DNA of 64,000 bases. Source: an uncultured Gammaproteobacteria bacterium. GTDB taxonomy: Bacteria > Pseudomonadota > Gammaproteobacteria > Steroidobacterales > JBCBZW01. A program made the translations under genes and the position numbers. Positions 1-10,600 of this stretch are shown here, piece by piece (positions within the stretch are counted from its first letter, which is position 1; each line of letters starts with the position of its first letter). Under the pieces are notes generated by a model, which made no database searches, had not been told where the DNA came from, and saw nothing but the letters and a program-made list of their open reading frames with translations. The stretch is taken from the NCBI GenBank assembly GCA_965369325.1, contig CBDUQI010000007.1:92-64091 (forward strand), in the 5' to 3' direction.

Positions 1-995
1 ATGCCGGCCTCATTGGAGAACACCGCCCGTTGGAACCCGATAATCATCACCCCTAGCGCCCCGCCACTCATCGCACTGGCATCGAAGGCGCCGGTGAAGA
101 TCGCGTGAACGGCGAACGGCAGCGCCTCGTAGTTCATGGCGATGATGGTGAGCGCACACACCATATAAAACACAGCCATAAAGGGCACCACTTTCGCCGC
201 CACCCGGGCAATGCTCTTGATGCCGCCTACAATCACCAGTGCGACGATCGTGGCGATCACCAGTCCAAACAGCCATCCTTTACCCACAAACCAACTGCCC
301 TGTGGCCCACCCGTGACGTTAACGAACTGCACGTAGGCCTGGTTGGATTGAAACATATTGCCGATGCCCATGCAGCCGAACACAATGCCAAGCGCATAGA
401 ACTTGGCCATGAAGCCGCCCAGCCGTGGCAACCCTCGCTCTGCCAGCCCGCGCTCCAGGTAGTACATCGGCCCGCCGGATATACTGCCATCGTCGTTGCG
501 CTTTCGATACATCGTGCCGAGCGCGCATTCCACAAACTTGGTCGACATGCCGAGCAGTCCGGCCAGCACCATCCAGAATGTGGCGCCAGGACCGCCGAGG
601 GAGATGGCGACGGCAACCCCGCCAATGTTGCCAATCCCAACGGTGCCCGAGACGGCCGTGCTCAGCGCTTGAAAATGCGAGACCTCCCCCGGATGATCGG
701 GAGCAGTATAGTCGCCGCGCACCAAATGCAACGCATGCTTAAAGCCACGAAAATTGATGAACCCGAAGTAGACCGTGAAAAACACGGCGCCGAGCACCAA
801 CCACAGCACTACCAGCGGTAGATCGGCACCAAGCACTGGGACGGTAAAGAATACGACACTGGAGATTACGGCGGTTACAGGCTGGACGGTCGCGTTAATC
901 AGCTCGTCAATACCTGAACCGTTTTGCGCGCACGCTGGCATTGCGGCGCCAATCAGACCAAGCAACATACCCGTCAGTTGATGAATTTTCATCAT
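1..995 (-). CDS. alanine/glycine:cation symporter (AGCS family), N-terminal part only; C-terminus lies beyond the left window edge
   Basis: Absent from the ORF track because it runs off the window. Hand translation of the reverse strand from ATG (complement of 993-995) gives MMKIHQLTGMLLGLIGAAMPA...HFQALSTAVSGTVGIGNIGGVAVAISLGGPGATFWMVLAGLLGMSTKFVECALG... The frame is open to position 1. Multi-TM protein with an AGCS-like GTVGxGNIxGVA signature. Confidence 0.85.
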   Translation of the reverse strand, partial: MMKIHQLTGMLLGLIGAAMPACAQNGSGIDELINATVQPVTAVISSVVFFTVPVLGADLPLVVLWLVLGAVFFTVYFGFINFRGFKHALHLVRGDYTAPDHPGEVSHFQALSTAVSGTVGIGNIGGVAVAISLGGPGATFWMVLAGLLGMSTKFVECALGTMYRKRNDDGSISGGPMYYLERGLAERGLPRLGGFMAKFYALGIVFGCMGIGNMFQSNQAYVQFVNVTGGPQGSWFVGKGWLFGLVIATIVALVIVGGIKSIARVAAKVVPFMAVFYMVCALTIIAMNYEALPFAVHAIFTGAFDASAMSGGALGVMIIGFQRAVFSNEAG

Positions 996-1382
996 GTTCG
1001 CACCTGCGGCCGCCCGACAGACAATCGGGCGCAACTCGTTGCGCAGTCAGCAAGCAGCGTGCAATCTATTGATAAGGGCATTCACGATCTCCGAGACACA
1101 TATATCGTACGGTTAAAGCTGCACTATAAGGTAATTCCACGGTTCCCGTGAAATACCAAAATTCATTCGCCTCACACTCCAGAGCACAATGGGAGACTTT
1201 GTGCGGCATGATGCCAACCGCACTGGCAAGCCCAGACCCTTACGTTATGCCGGCCGGCCGGTTCGCGCCCCTGGCGGCCACCGTTCGGGGACCCTCGGAA
1301 TCGGCGCCGGCCAAGGGGCATGGCTATCACGTATGATCTACCTATCGGGCACCGCGAGATCATCCGACAAGGAACCCATCAT

Positions 1383-2264
1383 ATGAGCCTCTCTAGCAAA
1401 CCATTGGACAAGAAGTTCGTTACCGTCAATGGCCGCCGCATGGCCTATGCCGAGGCCGGCACCGGCACTGCGATTGTGCTACTGCATGGCAACCCCACCT
1501 CCTCGTATTTGTGGCGCAACGTCATACCGCACCTAAGCTCACTCGGGCGCTGCATCGCGCCGGACCTGATCGGCATGGGCGATTCGGACAAATTGCCCGA
1601 CAGCGGCCCCGATCGCTACACCTTTGTGGAGCATCGCGACTATCTCGACGGTTTGCTGGACGCTCTGGATGTCCGTGAGAATATTACTTTTGTTATCCAC
1701 GACTGGGGCTCCGCTCTGGGCTTCCACTACACCCATCGTCGCCCCGCGGCTGTGCGCGGCATCGCCTATATGGAGAGCATCGTAGGCCCCCTCACCTGGG
1801 CGGCCTGGCCGCAAGCCGCGCGCCCCGTGTTTCAGGGCTTTCGATCACCTGCGGGCGAGGAGATGGTGCTCGAGAAGAATGTCTTCGTGGAGAAAGTGTT
1901 GCCGGGGTCGATCCTGCGCAAGCTCACGGCCGATGAGATGGCCGAGTACCGACGTCCGTTCACCGAGACGGGTGAAGCACGCCGGCCAACCCTCACCTGG
2001 CCACGGCAAATCCCGATAGAAGGCGCTCCTGAGGATGTTCATCAGATCGTCAGCGATTACAGCGAATGGCTGGCACAGTCGAGCCTGCCCAAGCTTTTCA
2101 TCAACGCTGAACCAGGCGCCATTCTTACCGGCCCCCAACGAGAGTTCTGCCGCACCTGGCCCAACCAGCAGGAGGTCACGGTAGCCGGCAATCATTTTAT
2201 CCAGGAAGACTCACCCGATGAGATCGGCAGAGCAATCGCCACCTGGATGGGTAGCGCGATGTAG
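1383..2264 (+). CDS. haloalkane dehalogenase (alpha/beta hydrolase, HLD-II / DhaA-like)
   Basis: ORF 1320..2264. Motifs: [12 protein letters not shown], nucleophile elbow [10 protein letters not shown]-terminal [10 protein letters not shown]. Start placed at the in-frame ATG 1383 (MSLSSKPL...), preceded by AAGGAA. Confidence 0.85.
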   Translation: MSLSSKPLDKKFVTVNGRRMAYAEAGTGTAIVLLHGNPTSSYLWRNVIPHLSSLGRCIAPDLIGMGDSDKLPDSGPDRYTFVEHRDYLDGLLDALDVRENITFVIHDWGSALGFHYTHRRPAAVRGIAYMESIVGPLTWAAWPQAARPVFQGFRSPAGEEMVLEKNVFVEKVLPGSILRKLTADEMAEYRRPFTETGEARRPTLTWPRQIPIEGAPEDVHQIVSDYSEWLAQSSLPKLFINAEPGAILTGPQREFCRTWPNQQEVTVAGNHFIQEDSPDEIGRAIATWMGSAM

Positions 2265-2310
2265 CAATCAGCCTTGGCTTGTGCCAGTGGAAGTAATCAT
2301 TCGGGAAATT

Positions 2311-2333
2311 GGCCGCCCCGCTCGAAGGCGGCC
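2311..2333. terminator. GC-rich hairpin between convergent genes (possible bidirectional terminator)
   Basis: GGCCGCC (2311-2317), 9-nt loop, GGCGGCC (2327-2333). Lies between the dehalogenase stop (2264) and the stop of the minus-strand gene at 2346. No clear U-tract. Confidence 0.35.
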
Positions 2334-2345
2334 GTACTCATAGAT

Positions 2346-4583
2346 TTACATCTCGTTGAGTTCCCGAAACAGGCTGCGCATGCCCCGCCTGAACTTCCCG
2401 GTATCGGTGGAGGAAATCACGTTCGCGTCCACTAGCTCCCTCAAAGCCATTCTGACACAGCGCATAAACGCCGCCTCTTGTAGGGTCAGCCGACGCAATA
2501 CTTCCCCATCAGACTCCGCCGAGCCCGCCTGCAGCGCACGCACTGGATCGCAGGGTATTTCCGGGAAAATGACGGTCTCTCCAGCCCTGGCGTTTAGATA
2601 TCGATTCTGCACTCCACCGGGCCATAACACATCCACCACGCCCTTCCGTCCGGTCCCCAGGCCAAAATGAGCGGTAAGGCTATTCTGGGACTGATAGCTG
2701 GAACCGCCGACTATCGGCTGCATCGCCGTACTGCCCTCTTTGGGTGTGAAACGTACAACGGCCCCGATGCCATCACGATTCACGCTGCCATCAGTGACGA
2801 GCCCGATCGTTCCGACCAAATTCACGGCAATCCAATTATTACCGTTGTTGGCATCACTGATTTCAACGGACAGTTTTCCATTAGGATAGTCAAGAAAAGC
2901 CGGTAGGAAAGTAAACTGCTCCGGCACACCCGTCTCAGCGAACACTGGGCTAATCAAAGCCTCAGGGCCAAATGCGCCGCCAAACAGCTCACCAAATGGA
3001 TTCGGTAACACCTCCGGTTCATCCGGTACGGGATTGGGAATACTGAAAGCCGCGGCGGAGACCACGTCTACAAACCCGTCATTGTTCAAATCTCCTGCGG
3101 CCAAGCCTTCTTCAACCCCCAACAAGTGACGCCTGCCGTCGTCCTCGGCCAACGCCATCGTATCGCGTGAAAAATTCCCGTCGCCATCATTTGTAAGTAC
3201 CGCTAATGGGTTGTCAGCGAATATAAACGGCCCTTGTATTCCGCCTACATACAGGATGTCAGTGTCCGCATCGTTGTCATAGTCAAACGCCACTGTGCCC
3301 CAGCCAAACGCGCTGGTGATCATGCCGGGAACCGAAGGGGCCGGATCACCGAGATCGACCGAATCAATGAAGGCCCCCTCGTCCGTTCCGAAAAACCAGC
3401 GGCTGGCGTTGGTACCCAATGCGTCCTCAGGAGGCAATCCGAGCACGGCGTCAATGATCACACTAGAATTCGCGTCTCCGAAATTGGACGCAAAATAGTC
3501 CATATGACCATCACGGTTGAAGTCCGCGAAACTCAATCCCATCCATCCCCCAGTGGTAGACTGAATCGCGTCCACGAACTCCCCGCTACCGTCATTCTTG
3601 AACAGGTGAATCAAGCCTCGGTCCAAATTGAGCTCACCAGGTGGAAAACTTAGCGGCGCTATCGCGCCCTGATCATCGGCTTCAAAAATGTCGATATTGC
3701 CATCCAGATCAAAGTCTACCATGGCAACCGCCCAGGTGATGCCAGCAGGAGCATCAGGAATGGGCACTACTTCGCCATCCACCGATATCCTCATTCCCTC
3801 CAACACATGAATACCAGATGTCTGACTTGCGTCAGCGAACTGATTCCCGCCGATGTTGATAAACAACTGATTGTGTTGATTCGAATCTATGGGTTCTAAC
3901 GCGATGGGCAACCGATTGTTCATATCGAAGGCGTTACCCACGTAGATATCCAACAATCCATCGTTGTTGACGTCGCCCATGCTTGCCGATATCGACCAGT
4001 AAGCACCGCCGCCGCTGTTGCTGCTCGCAGTGATATCCGTAAACGTACCGTCTCCGAGATTCTCAAATAGGCGATTCTCCTCGCCCGCTCCCAGGACATA
4101 CAAATCGTGATCACCGTCATTGTCGATGTCGCCGAAGACACAGCCTGAGCCATCATGATCCACCGCAGCGACATCTGCAGCCAACGCCTTGTCGAGAAAC
4201 CCGATGACGCCGTCCTCGACTAATTGATTGTGATACAGGCTATTCGCCGTACCTGGGCCGTTGGTCACGTAGATATCCAGATCACCGTCGTTGTCATAGT
4301 CCAGCAAACAAATCCCAGGAGTACCACGTGCCTTCATGGGCATATTGAAAATATCAACCGGAGAAAAAGGCCCGTCAGGGTTACTGCTCAAGAATTCGAA
4401 ATTGCTGTTCCTCGCCGAGGGAGTTCTTTCGTACGCATCTACCGCCGCATCCGAAAATGTACTAAACGTCATGCCACCGGAGACTGCATCGGTATCAGTA
4501 GAAGACGCGTAGACATTTTGCAGCGTGCAACTGCCGACAAGCATTGAGACCACGACATTCCTCACCATGGACACTCTCTTCAT
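2346..4583 (-). CDS. secreted FG-GAP/VCBS-repeat beta-propeller protein with ASPIC/UnbV C-terminal domain (CRTAC1 family)
   Basis: 745-aa ORF with an N-terminal signal-like segment. Repeated DxDxDGxxD FG-GAP motifs (DYDNDGDLDIYV, GDIDNDGDHDLYV, GDVNNDGLLDIYV, DFDLDGNIDIF, DLNNDGFVDVV). UnbV-like tail NRDGIGAVVRF...GGSSYQSQNS. GGAG RBS upstream. Confidence 0.8.
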   Translation of the reverse strand: MKRVSMVRNVVVSMLVGSCTLQNVYASSTDTDAVSGGMTFSTFSDAAVDAYERTPSARNSNFEFLSSNPDGPFSPVDIFNMPMKARGTPGICLLDYDNDGDLDIYVTNGPGTANSLYHNQLVEDGVIGFLDKALAADVAAVDHDGSGCVFGDIDNDGDHDLYVLGAGEENRLFENLGDGTFTDITASSNSGGGAYWSISASMGDVNNDGLLDIYVGNAFDMNNRLPIALEPIDSNQHNQLFINIGGNQFADASQTSGIHVLEGMRISVDGEVVPIPDAPAGITWAVAMVDFDLDGNIDIFEADDQGAIAPLSFPPGELNLDRGLIHLFKNDGSGEFVDAIQSTTGGWMGLSFADFNRDGHMDYFASNFGDANSSVIIDAVLGLPPEDALGTNASRWFFGTDEGAFIDSVDLGDPAPSVPGMITSAFGWGTVAFDYDNDADTDILYVGGIQGPFIFADNPLAVLTNDGDGNFSRDTMALAEDDGRRHLLGVEEGLAAGDLNNDGFVDVVSAAAFSIPNPVPDEPEVLPNPFGELFGGAFGPEALISPVFAETGVPEQFTFLPAFLDYPNGKLSVEISDANNGNNWIAVNLVGTIGLVTDGSVNRDGIGAVVRFTPKEGSTAMQPIVGGSSYQSQNSLTAHFGLGTGRKGVVDVLWPGGVQNRYLNARAGETVIFPEIPCDPVRALQAGSAESDGEVLRRLTLQEAAFMRCVRMALRELVDANVISSTDTGKFRRGMRSLFRELNEM

Positions 4584-4642
4584 AACAATATTCTCCTTTA
4601 TTGACCCGTTCGCTGCATACAGCGAACCCCTGTCTGAAGACC

Positions 4643-7600
4643 CTACGCGGTTTCTGCTGACTTGCTGCTACTGGTAGAGAACCTCTGATGAATGCACTGA
4701 CTAAACAGCTCCACGTCTTGTTGAGACATAAAGTGATTGCCCTCGTGCAGTATCGTTTTGGTATCAAAAGACGTCGTCAGATCGTGCCAACTTGAGACCT
4801 GCAACGGATACGTCCACAAATCCCTTTTCCCAGCAACGGCCGTGATCGGACAATCCAGCTTAGGCGCGTCGTCACATGTGTAGTTGGCCATCAACATCAG
4901 GTCCGAACGAACCAGATTTCTTAGCGGCGCTGAACGCCTCTTTCCGTCAAACGAATCAAGCAGTGGACAATCGATGACGTTCAGCAATTCGGCCAGTTTT
5001 CCATCGTCCAGCAGATGTCCGTTCGGCGCCGTGTAAAGCGTCGGACTGACGACCCCCGATACCACCATAAACTCCGGCTCCGAGTATCCGTCGAGTTTAA
5101 GCCGCTTTGCCAATTCGTACTGGATAATCCCGCCAAAACAATGTCCAAAAAAGCCGAACGGCCGGCCAATATAATCCAGTACGGACGGCAGCAGCTCCTC
5201 TACGATGTCCTGTATGTTCTCGGTACACGCCTCATCCTTTCTCAGCCCGTGCCCTGGGTATTGAACGACAGCTACTTGCCAGTGTTCGCCCATCGACAGA
5301 GGAAGGTAGGCCGGGCTCGGAGATGTTTCCCAAGCACCTGGAAAACAAAGCAATGTGTTCTTTCGAGGACTGTAACGGCTCGGCCAATGCAAGAGATTTG
5401 GATTAGTGTGCCCTGCCAGATGCCGCCGACTGTCTCGCCCGTATACAACCTGCGACGTTGCGACAGAGATGGCGCCGACCTCCGCAACTTCGAAGCGGTG
5501 CCGATGACTGGAGCTGGACGTAGACAAACCCAACGTGTGATTGATCTCGTCCAAAATGATGTCCCGGTCTGATTCGATAAAGTAATGATCGCCATCCAAC
5601 AAATTCAACCGAAACTCGCTACTCGTATAGCCACCCCATGCCCGCATTGCGCACGGCGCCGCGAACAGATCATGATTAGCCGCAAAGCCGGTGATGGGTG
5701 CTGAGAACACAACGTCGTCGGTTTTAGCTTCAGCATAGTGCGCTACAGCTTCGAAGTCCGCCCGTAACATTGGGGTCATCAGATCGAGCACTTCTTTATC
5801 TTTATGCAGTGCCCCGGCGCTAGTGAAACTGATCAGATCCAGCACTTCTAAGAACTTCTGCTCTCCCAGCGCGTACACCATCGGCGAATTGTACAAATGA
5901 GGCGCCATGCAACCGGATACAAAGACGTGATGAGGCTCAATTCCTGCTGTGAGCTTAAGTTGGGCGGCGACCTCGTACATCACGATTGCGCCCATGCAAT
6001 GGCCAAAGAAAATGACAGGCTTGTCCAGCATCGGCCCCATTGCACCCGCCACCGCTTTTTTCATCTGCTCGATACGAGTCAATGGCGACTCACCCAATCG
6101 CGCCGCGCGGCCCGGGAGGTGAACCGCGCATACTTCTATCTCGGGCGAAAGCGCCTCATGCCAATCTTGAAATACCACCGGGCCTGCGCCGGCGTAGGGG
6201 AAGCAGAACATTCGATACTTAGCGTCCGGTCTCGGATGCGGCGTCACTATCCAGGCACCCTCACGTTGCGGCTCAGTCTGTCCCGCAACGCCTTTACCGG
6301 CGGCGCCTTGTATGTCGAACGTATCGAGCATGACGTCAACAATTTTTGCCACGCTCGTGTCACGCAACAGTGTGGCAACCGGCAGGCTTACACCAAAACG
6401 ATCCAGTTTCGCTTTTAACTCCACAGCCATCAGCGAGTCCATTCCAAGGCTGGTAAGTGCTTGCTCAGGCAGCAAACGATTGGCGTCAAATCCGAATAAC
6501 TTTGATAGTATTTCCTGCACTTCCGCGATAGCTACCTCTTTAACTTCATCTTCCGGCAACGAGTCGAATTTCTCGCGCAGCCCCTGCTCCTCGGCACTTT
6601 GGCTGGACGCCTGCCCCTGCGCCTGAGCATCAGCCAGGTCGCCAAAGCGTGTTGTGGCCCCCGCAGGGTTAAACCGCAGCCACTTCTCCCAATCAATTGG
6701 CGAGATAGTGATCTGCGTGTCGCCGTCACACAATGCCATACCCATCAACTCGAGACCGTCGCGGGAATGCAGTGCGCGCAAGCCGTTTTCCTCAAGACTA
6801 CGTCGATAGAAGTCTTCATCGGCGGCCATGCCCACATCAGCAATGACGCCCCAATTTACCGACAACGCTGGCTGGCCGTTCGCCTTGCGAAAATGCGCCA
6901 AGCTATCCATGAACCCGTTAGCTGCGGCGTAGTTACCGGACCCTTGATTTCCTAACGTCGTTGCCACTGAGGAGAACAACACGAAACACTCAAGATCCCA
7001 ACGTTGCGACAATTCGTGGAGATTCAACGATCCACGGATTTTTGTGGCCGCCACTCGTTCAAATTTCTGCATGTCTTGCTTCAACAGTAAGGCATCATCC
7101 AAAACGCCCGCCGCATGAAAAACGCCTCGGACCGGGACATCCGGATTTACCGAATTGATGATTGTTTCGACATCGGCGCGGTCCGAGATATCGGCCTTAA
7201 TGACGGTGACTTGCGCTCCCATCGTCTCCAGATCCTTCACCAGCCGTTGCGCTGCAGGGCTGGTCGCGCCGCTACGCCCCAGCAAAGACAAATGTCGACA
7301 GCCTCGCTCAACCAACCAGCGCGCCAGCGAGGATCCAAACCCACCAAGGCCGCCGGTGATCAGATAGCTTGCGTCGCTTTGGAATACCGGAGCCGTTGGC
7401 GCATTCACTTCAAGCTGATCTGCCTCTGCGAAAGAAACAACAAGTTTTCCCATATGCCCGCCGGACAACATCGACTTAAACGCCGCCTGCGCCTGATTCG
7501 CCGGATAGCAAGTCGACTTAAGTGGCTGCAGGTCACCACTGCTGTACAAATCATGAATGCGCGCTAGCATCGCGCCGCAATACCCAGGCCGTTGTTGGAG

Positions 7601-10600
7601 CATGCGGTCAAGGTCCACCGCAAAAAACGAGAGATTGTAGTGGAACGGCTTCATCCCAATTGGTTTATTACGATTGATATCCATTTTGCCAATCTCAACA
7701 AAACGTCCATAGTCACGCAGTAAAGACAAACTCAGATCGATTAACGGGCCCGCCAATGAGTTCAAAACAACATCAACACCTTCCTCGTCAGTATCCGCCA
7801 GTATGTCCTGTGCGAAACTTGGCGAGCGCGAATCATAAATATGCTCTACCCCGAGACTTTGAAGAAACGATCGTTTCTCATCGTTGCTCGCGGTCGCGTA
7901 AACTTCGGCACCGACCCATTGTGCGAGTTGGATCGCTGCTTGGCCGACGCCCCCTGCCGCTGCGTGTATTAGCACGCGGTCACCCTTAGATAAACGAGCC
8001 AGGTCAACCAGACCGTAATAGGCGGTCATGAACACCATTGGCATAGCCGCGGCCTCCTCGTCTCCCAATGAGGAGATGGGCACCACCAGTGAATCAACGG
8101 TGACTGTGTGCGATCGTAGGCTGTGTGGCGCGAGCGCCATCACCCTATTGCCCACAGAAAGATCACGCACTTGGGATCCGTGGGCGAGCACAACGCCTGC
8201 GCATTCCATCCCCAAGGTATCTCCACTCCAAAGATTCTCCTCCATCAGATCGATGGGAAACAACCCGCTAGCCTTCAACACGTCCTTGAAGTTGAGGGAG
8301 GCGTGACTTACTTTGATCAACACCTCATTAGGCCCTGGCAATGGCAGCGGCATTGGCACGTAACACAGACTGTCGAGATGGCCGGATTCCCGAAATTCCA
8401 TAGAGAAGGCTCGCCCGTCAGCCAATGTTGCAACTGCAGAGCTTTTCCCTTCCCGACGTATCAGACGCCGAACATAGCGTCGTCCATCGCGAAGAGTTAC
8501 TTCCTCCTCATCTGCGCCGGGCGCTATCTCACGGTAGATATCATCCAAGTCGTCTGCGGAGATACGCTCCCCCAGATCGATGATCTTGCTCGCGAGCTCT
8601 GGATGCTCGTTACCCAGCACTCGAACAAGGCCGAACAGTGGGGATTGAGCAAGGTGAATATTCGAAGTGTTGTCACACTCAGATGCCTCACAGGTAAGAA
8701 TACGCAACGCGGCCGGCATCTTAGAAAGGCTTGAAAGACTCTGCAATAGATACACAACACTGCCAAACCCGTCACTCTGACGGGACATAACCTGTTCGAC
8801 ATCAAGCGCGTCACCGCGTGGTGCGTCGAATGCAAAACCGTGCACAACATTGTGAATTTCCACCCCCGCTGCGGCGAGATCCTGCACCAATTGCTGGTAA
8901 TGCTCCCGGCAAGACGGATCAACTTGGTAGAGGCTTTCACCCAGTTTTTTATACGTATTAGCCTTTTTTACCTCTACCAGTTTTTGCTCACGGTCCCGAA
9001 AAGCGGTGCTAATCCACTCGCTCTGTTCATTGGTGAGAACCAACCAGACCTGATCTTTGTCGACTTCGCGCGTGGGAATATCTTCCAACTGCCAATCAAA
9101 ACTGTACAGCCACTGCGCAGCATGTTTCTGGAGGTTTTCACTTGAGTAGTCAATCGCCTCGCAACGCAACTGTCGAATATCTAGAATTGGAAGGCCGTCG
9201 TCGCCATACAACATGACGTTCGCGGTGAACGAATGCTCACCCTTTTTGGTGATACGGGCGTGACTCCAACAGTCCATGGACTGCGGTTTGTTCACCAGCC
9301 GGCAGCTTTTGATACTTACCGGCAGATATGCCTGGTCACGCATATCCGCATCTTCCGCGGTCAGCGAAAGAGCGCCGAAGATGCAATGCAAGCTGGCATC
9401 CAGCCAAGCCGGATGGAAGTTGTAGCCGTCGCCATCGCCGTCGGCGCCGTCAGTTTCGAACGGCGTGATGCGCGCCAGGCATTCGTCCACGCCTTGGTGC
9501 ATTTTGATGATGCGTTGAAAGTCTTTCCCGTAGTGAAATCCGATATGCCCGAACAGTTCATACAGGTAGTCGACCGGCAGTTCCCTAGTACAGCGCGCAA
9601 GAATCGCCTCGATATCCGCGCAGGCGCACAGGCGTGTGGCTTGCTTTCGTACATGGCCTTGACAATGTCGGTCCCAACCGCTCTGGCTCTCTGATAACGA
9701 GCTAATCGCGAAGGAATTGTCGGCATCTATGGCGAACTGCAGACTCACTGCATCGGTGGGTGGCACGAACAACGCTTTGCTCAAACGTAGGTTTTCAACA
9801 ACGCAATGCTCTTTGTCCCAATCGACATCGACCGCTGCGCAAGCCATTTCGATATAGCCGGCGCCGGGAAACACCACCTCGCCCTGAATTTTGTGATCCC
9901 TCAAGTATGGGTATCGGTCCAGATCAATGGTCTGATTCCATACGGTGTTAGCCAATTGCAGCCTTGCACCCAACAACGGATGTGTCTTCCCTTTGGCGGC
10001 CACCAGCGTTTGCATGGCATAACCCTTACGAACACTGGCCGCATCCTCAGACTCTGCCCAGCACGATATCGGTTGCCATGGGTAGTTGGGCAGATTGAGT
10101 AACTTGCCTTCGGGATAGATACTTTTCCAATCAACATCTGTCCCGTGCTGATAAAGATTGGACAGATTACGCAGCAGATTCTTTCTTTCCTGCTGCTCGC
10201 GCCGCAAACTATGCGCTTGCGGCGCCGTCTTGCCCACCGCCTCCAGGCACTCTCGAATAGCACCCGACAGAACAGGATGCGGACCCACCTCCAGGATGGG
10301 TGGCAACTCAGTGGCTTCCTCGCGCAGGCACCAATTCATCAACGCCTTGGCGAAATACACGGGCTGTCTGACATTTCTCCACCAATACTCGGCATGCAAC
10401 TGTGGTCCATCAAGCTCACCGCCCGTCACTGTAGAGATGTACGGAATCTGTGAATTCTTAGGCGTCAAGGTGGCCAGGGACGCGAGTAAATCCTCTTGTA
10501 GAGGATCCATCTTCGAGCTGTGATAGGGCACCTCTACGATGAGAGGACGATTGAATATCTCTTTGTTCTCCAGCTTTCTGGCAATCACGCCTAGCACCTC

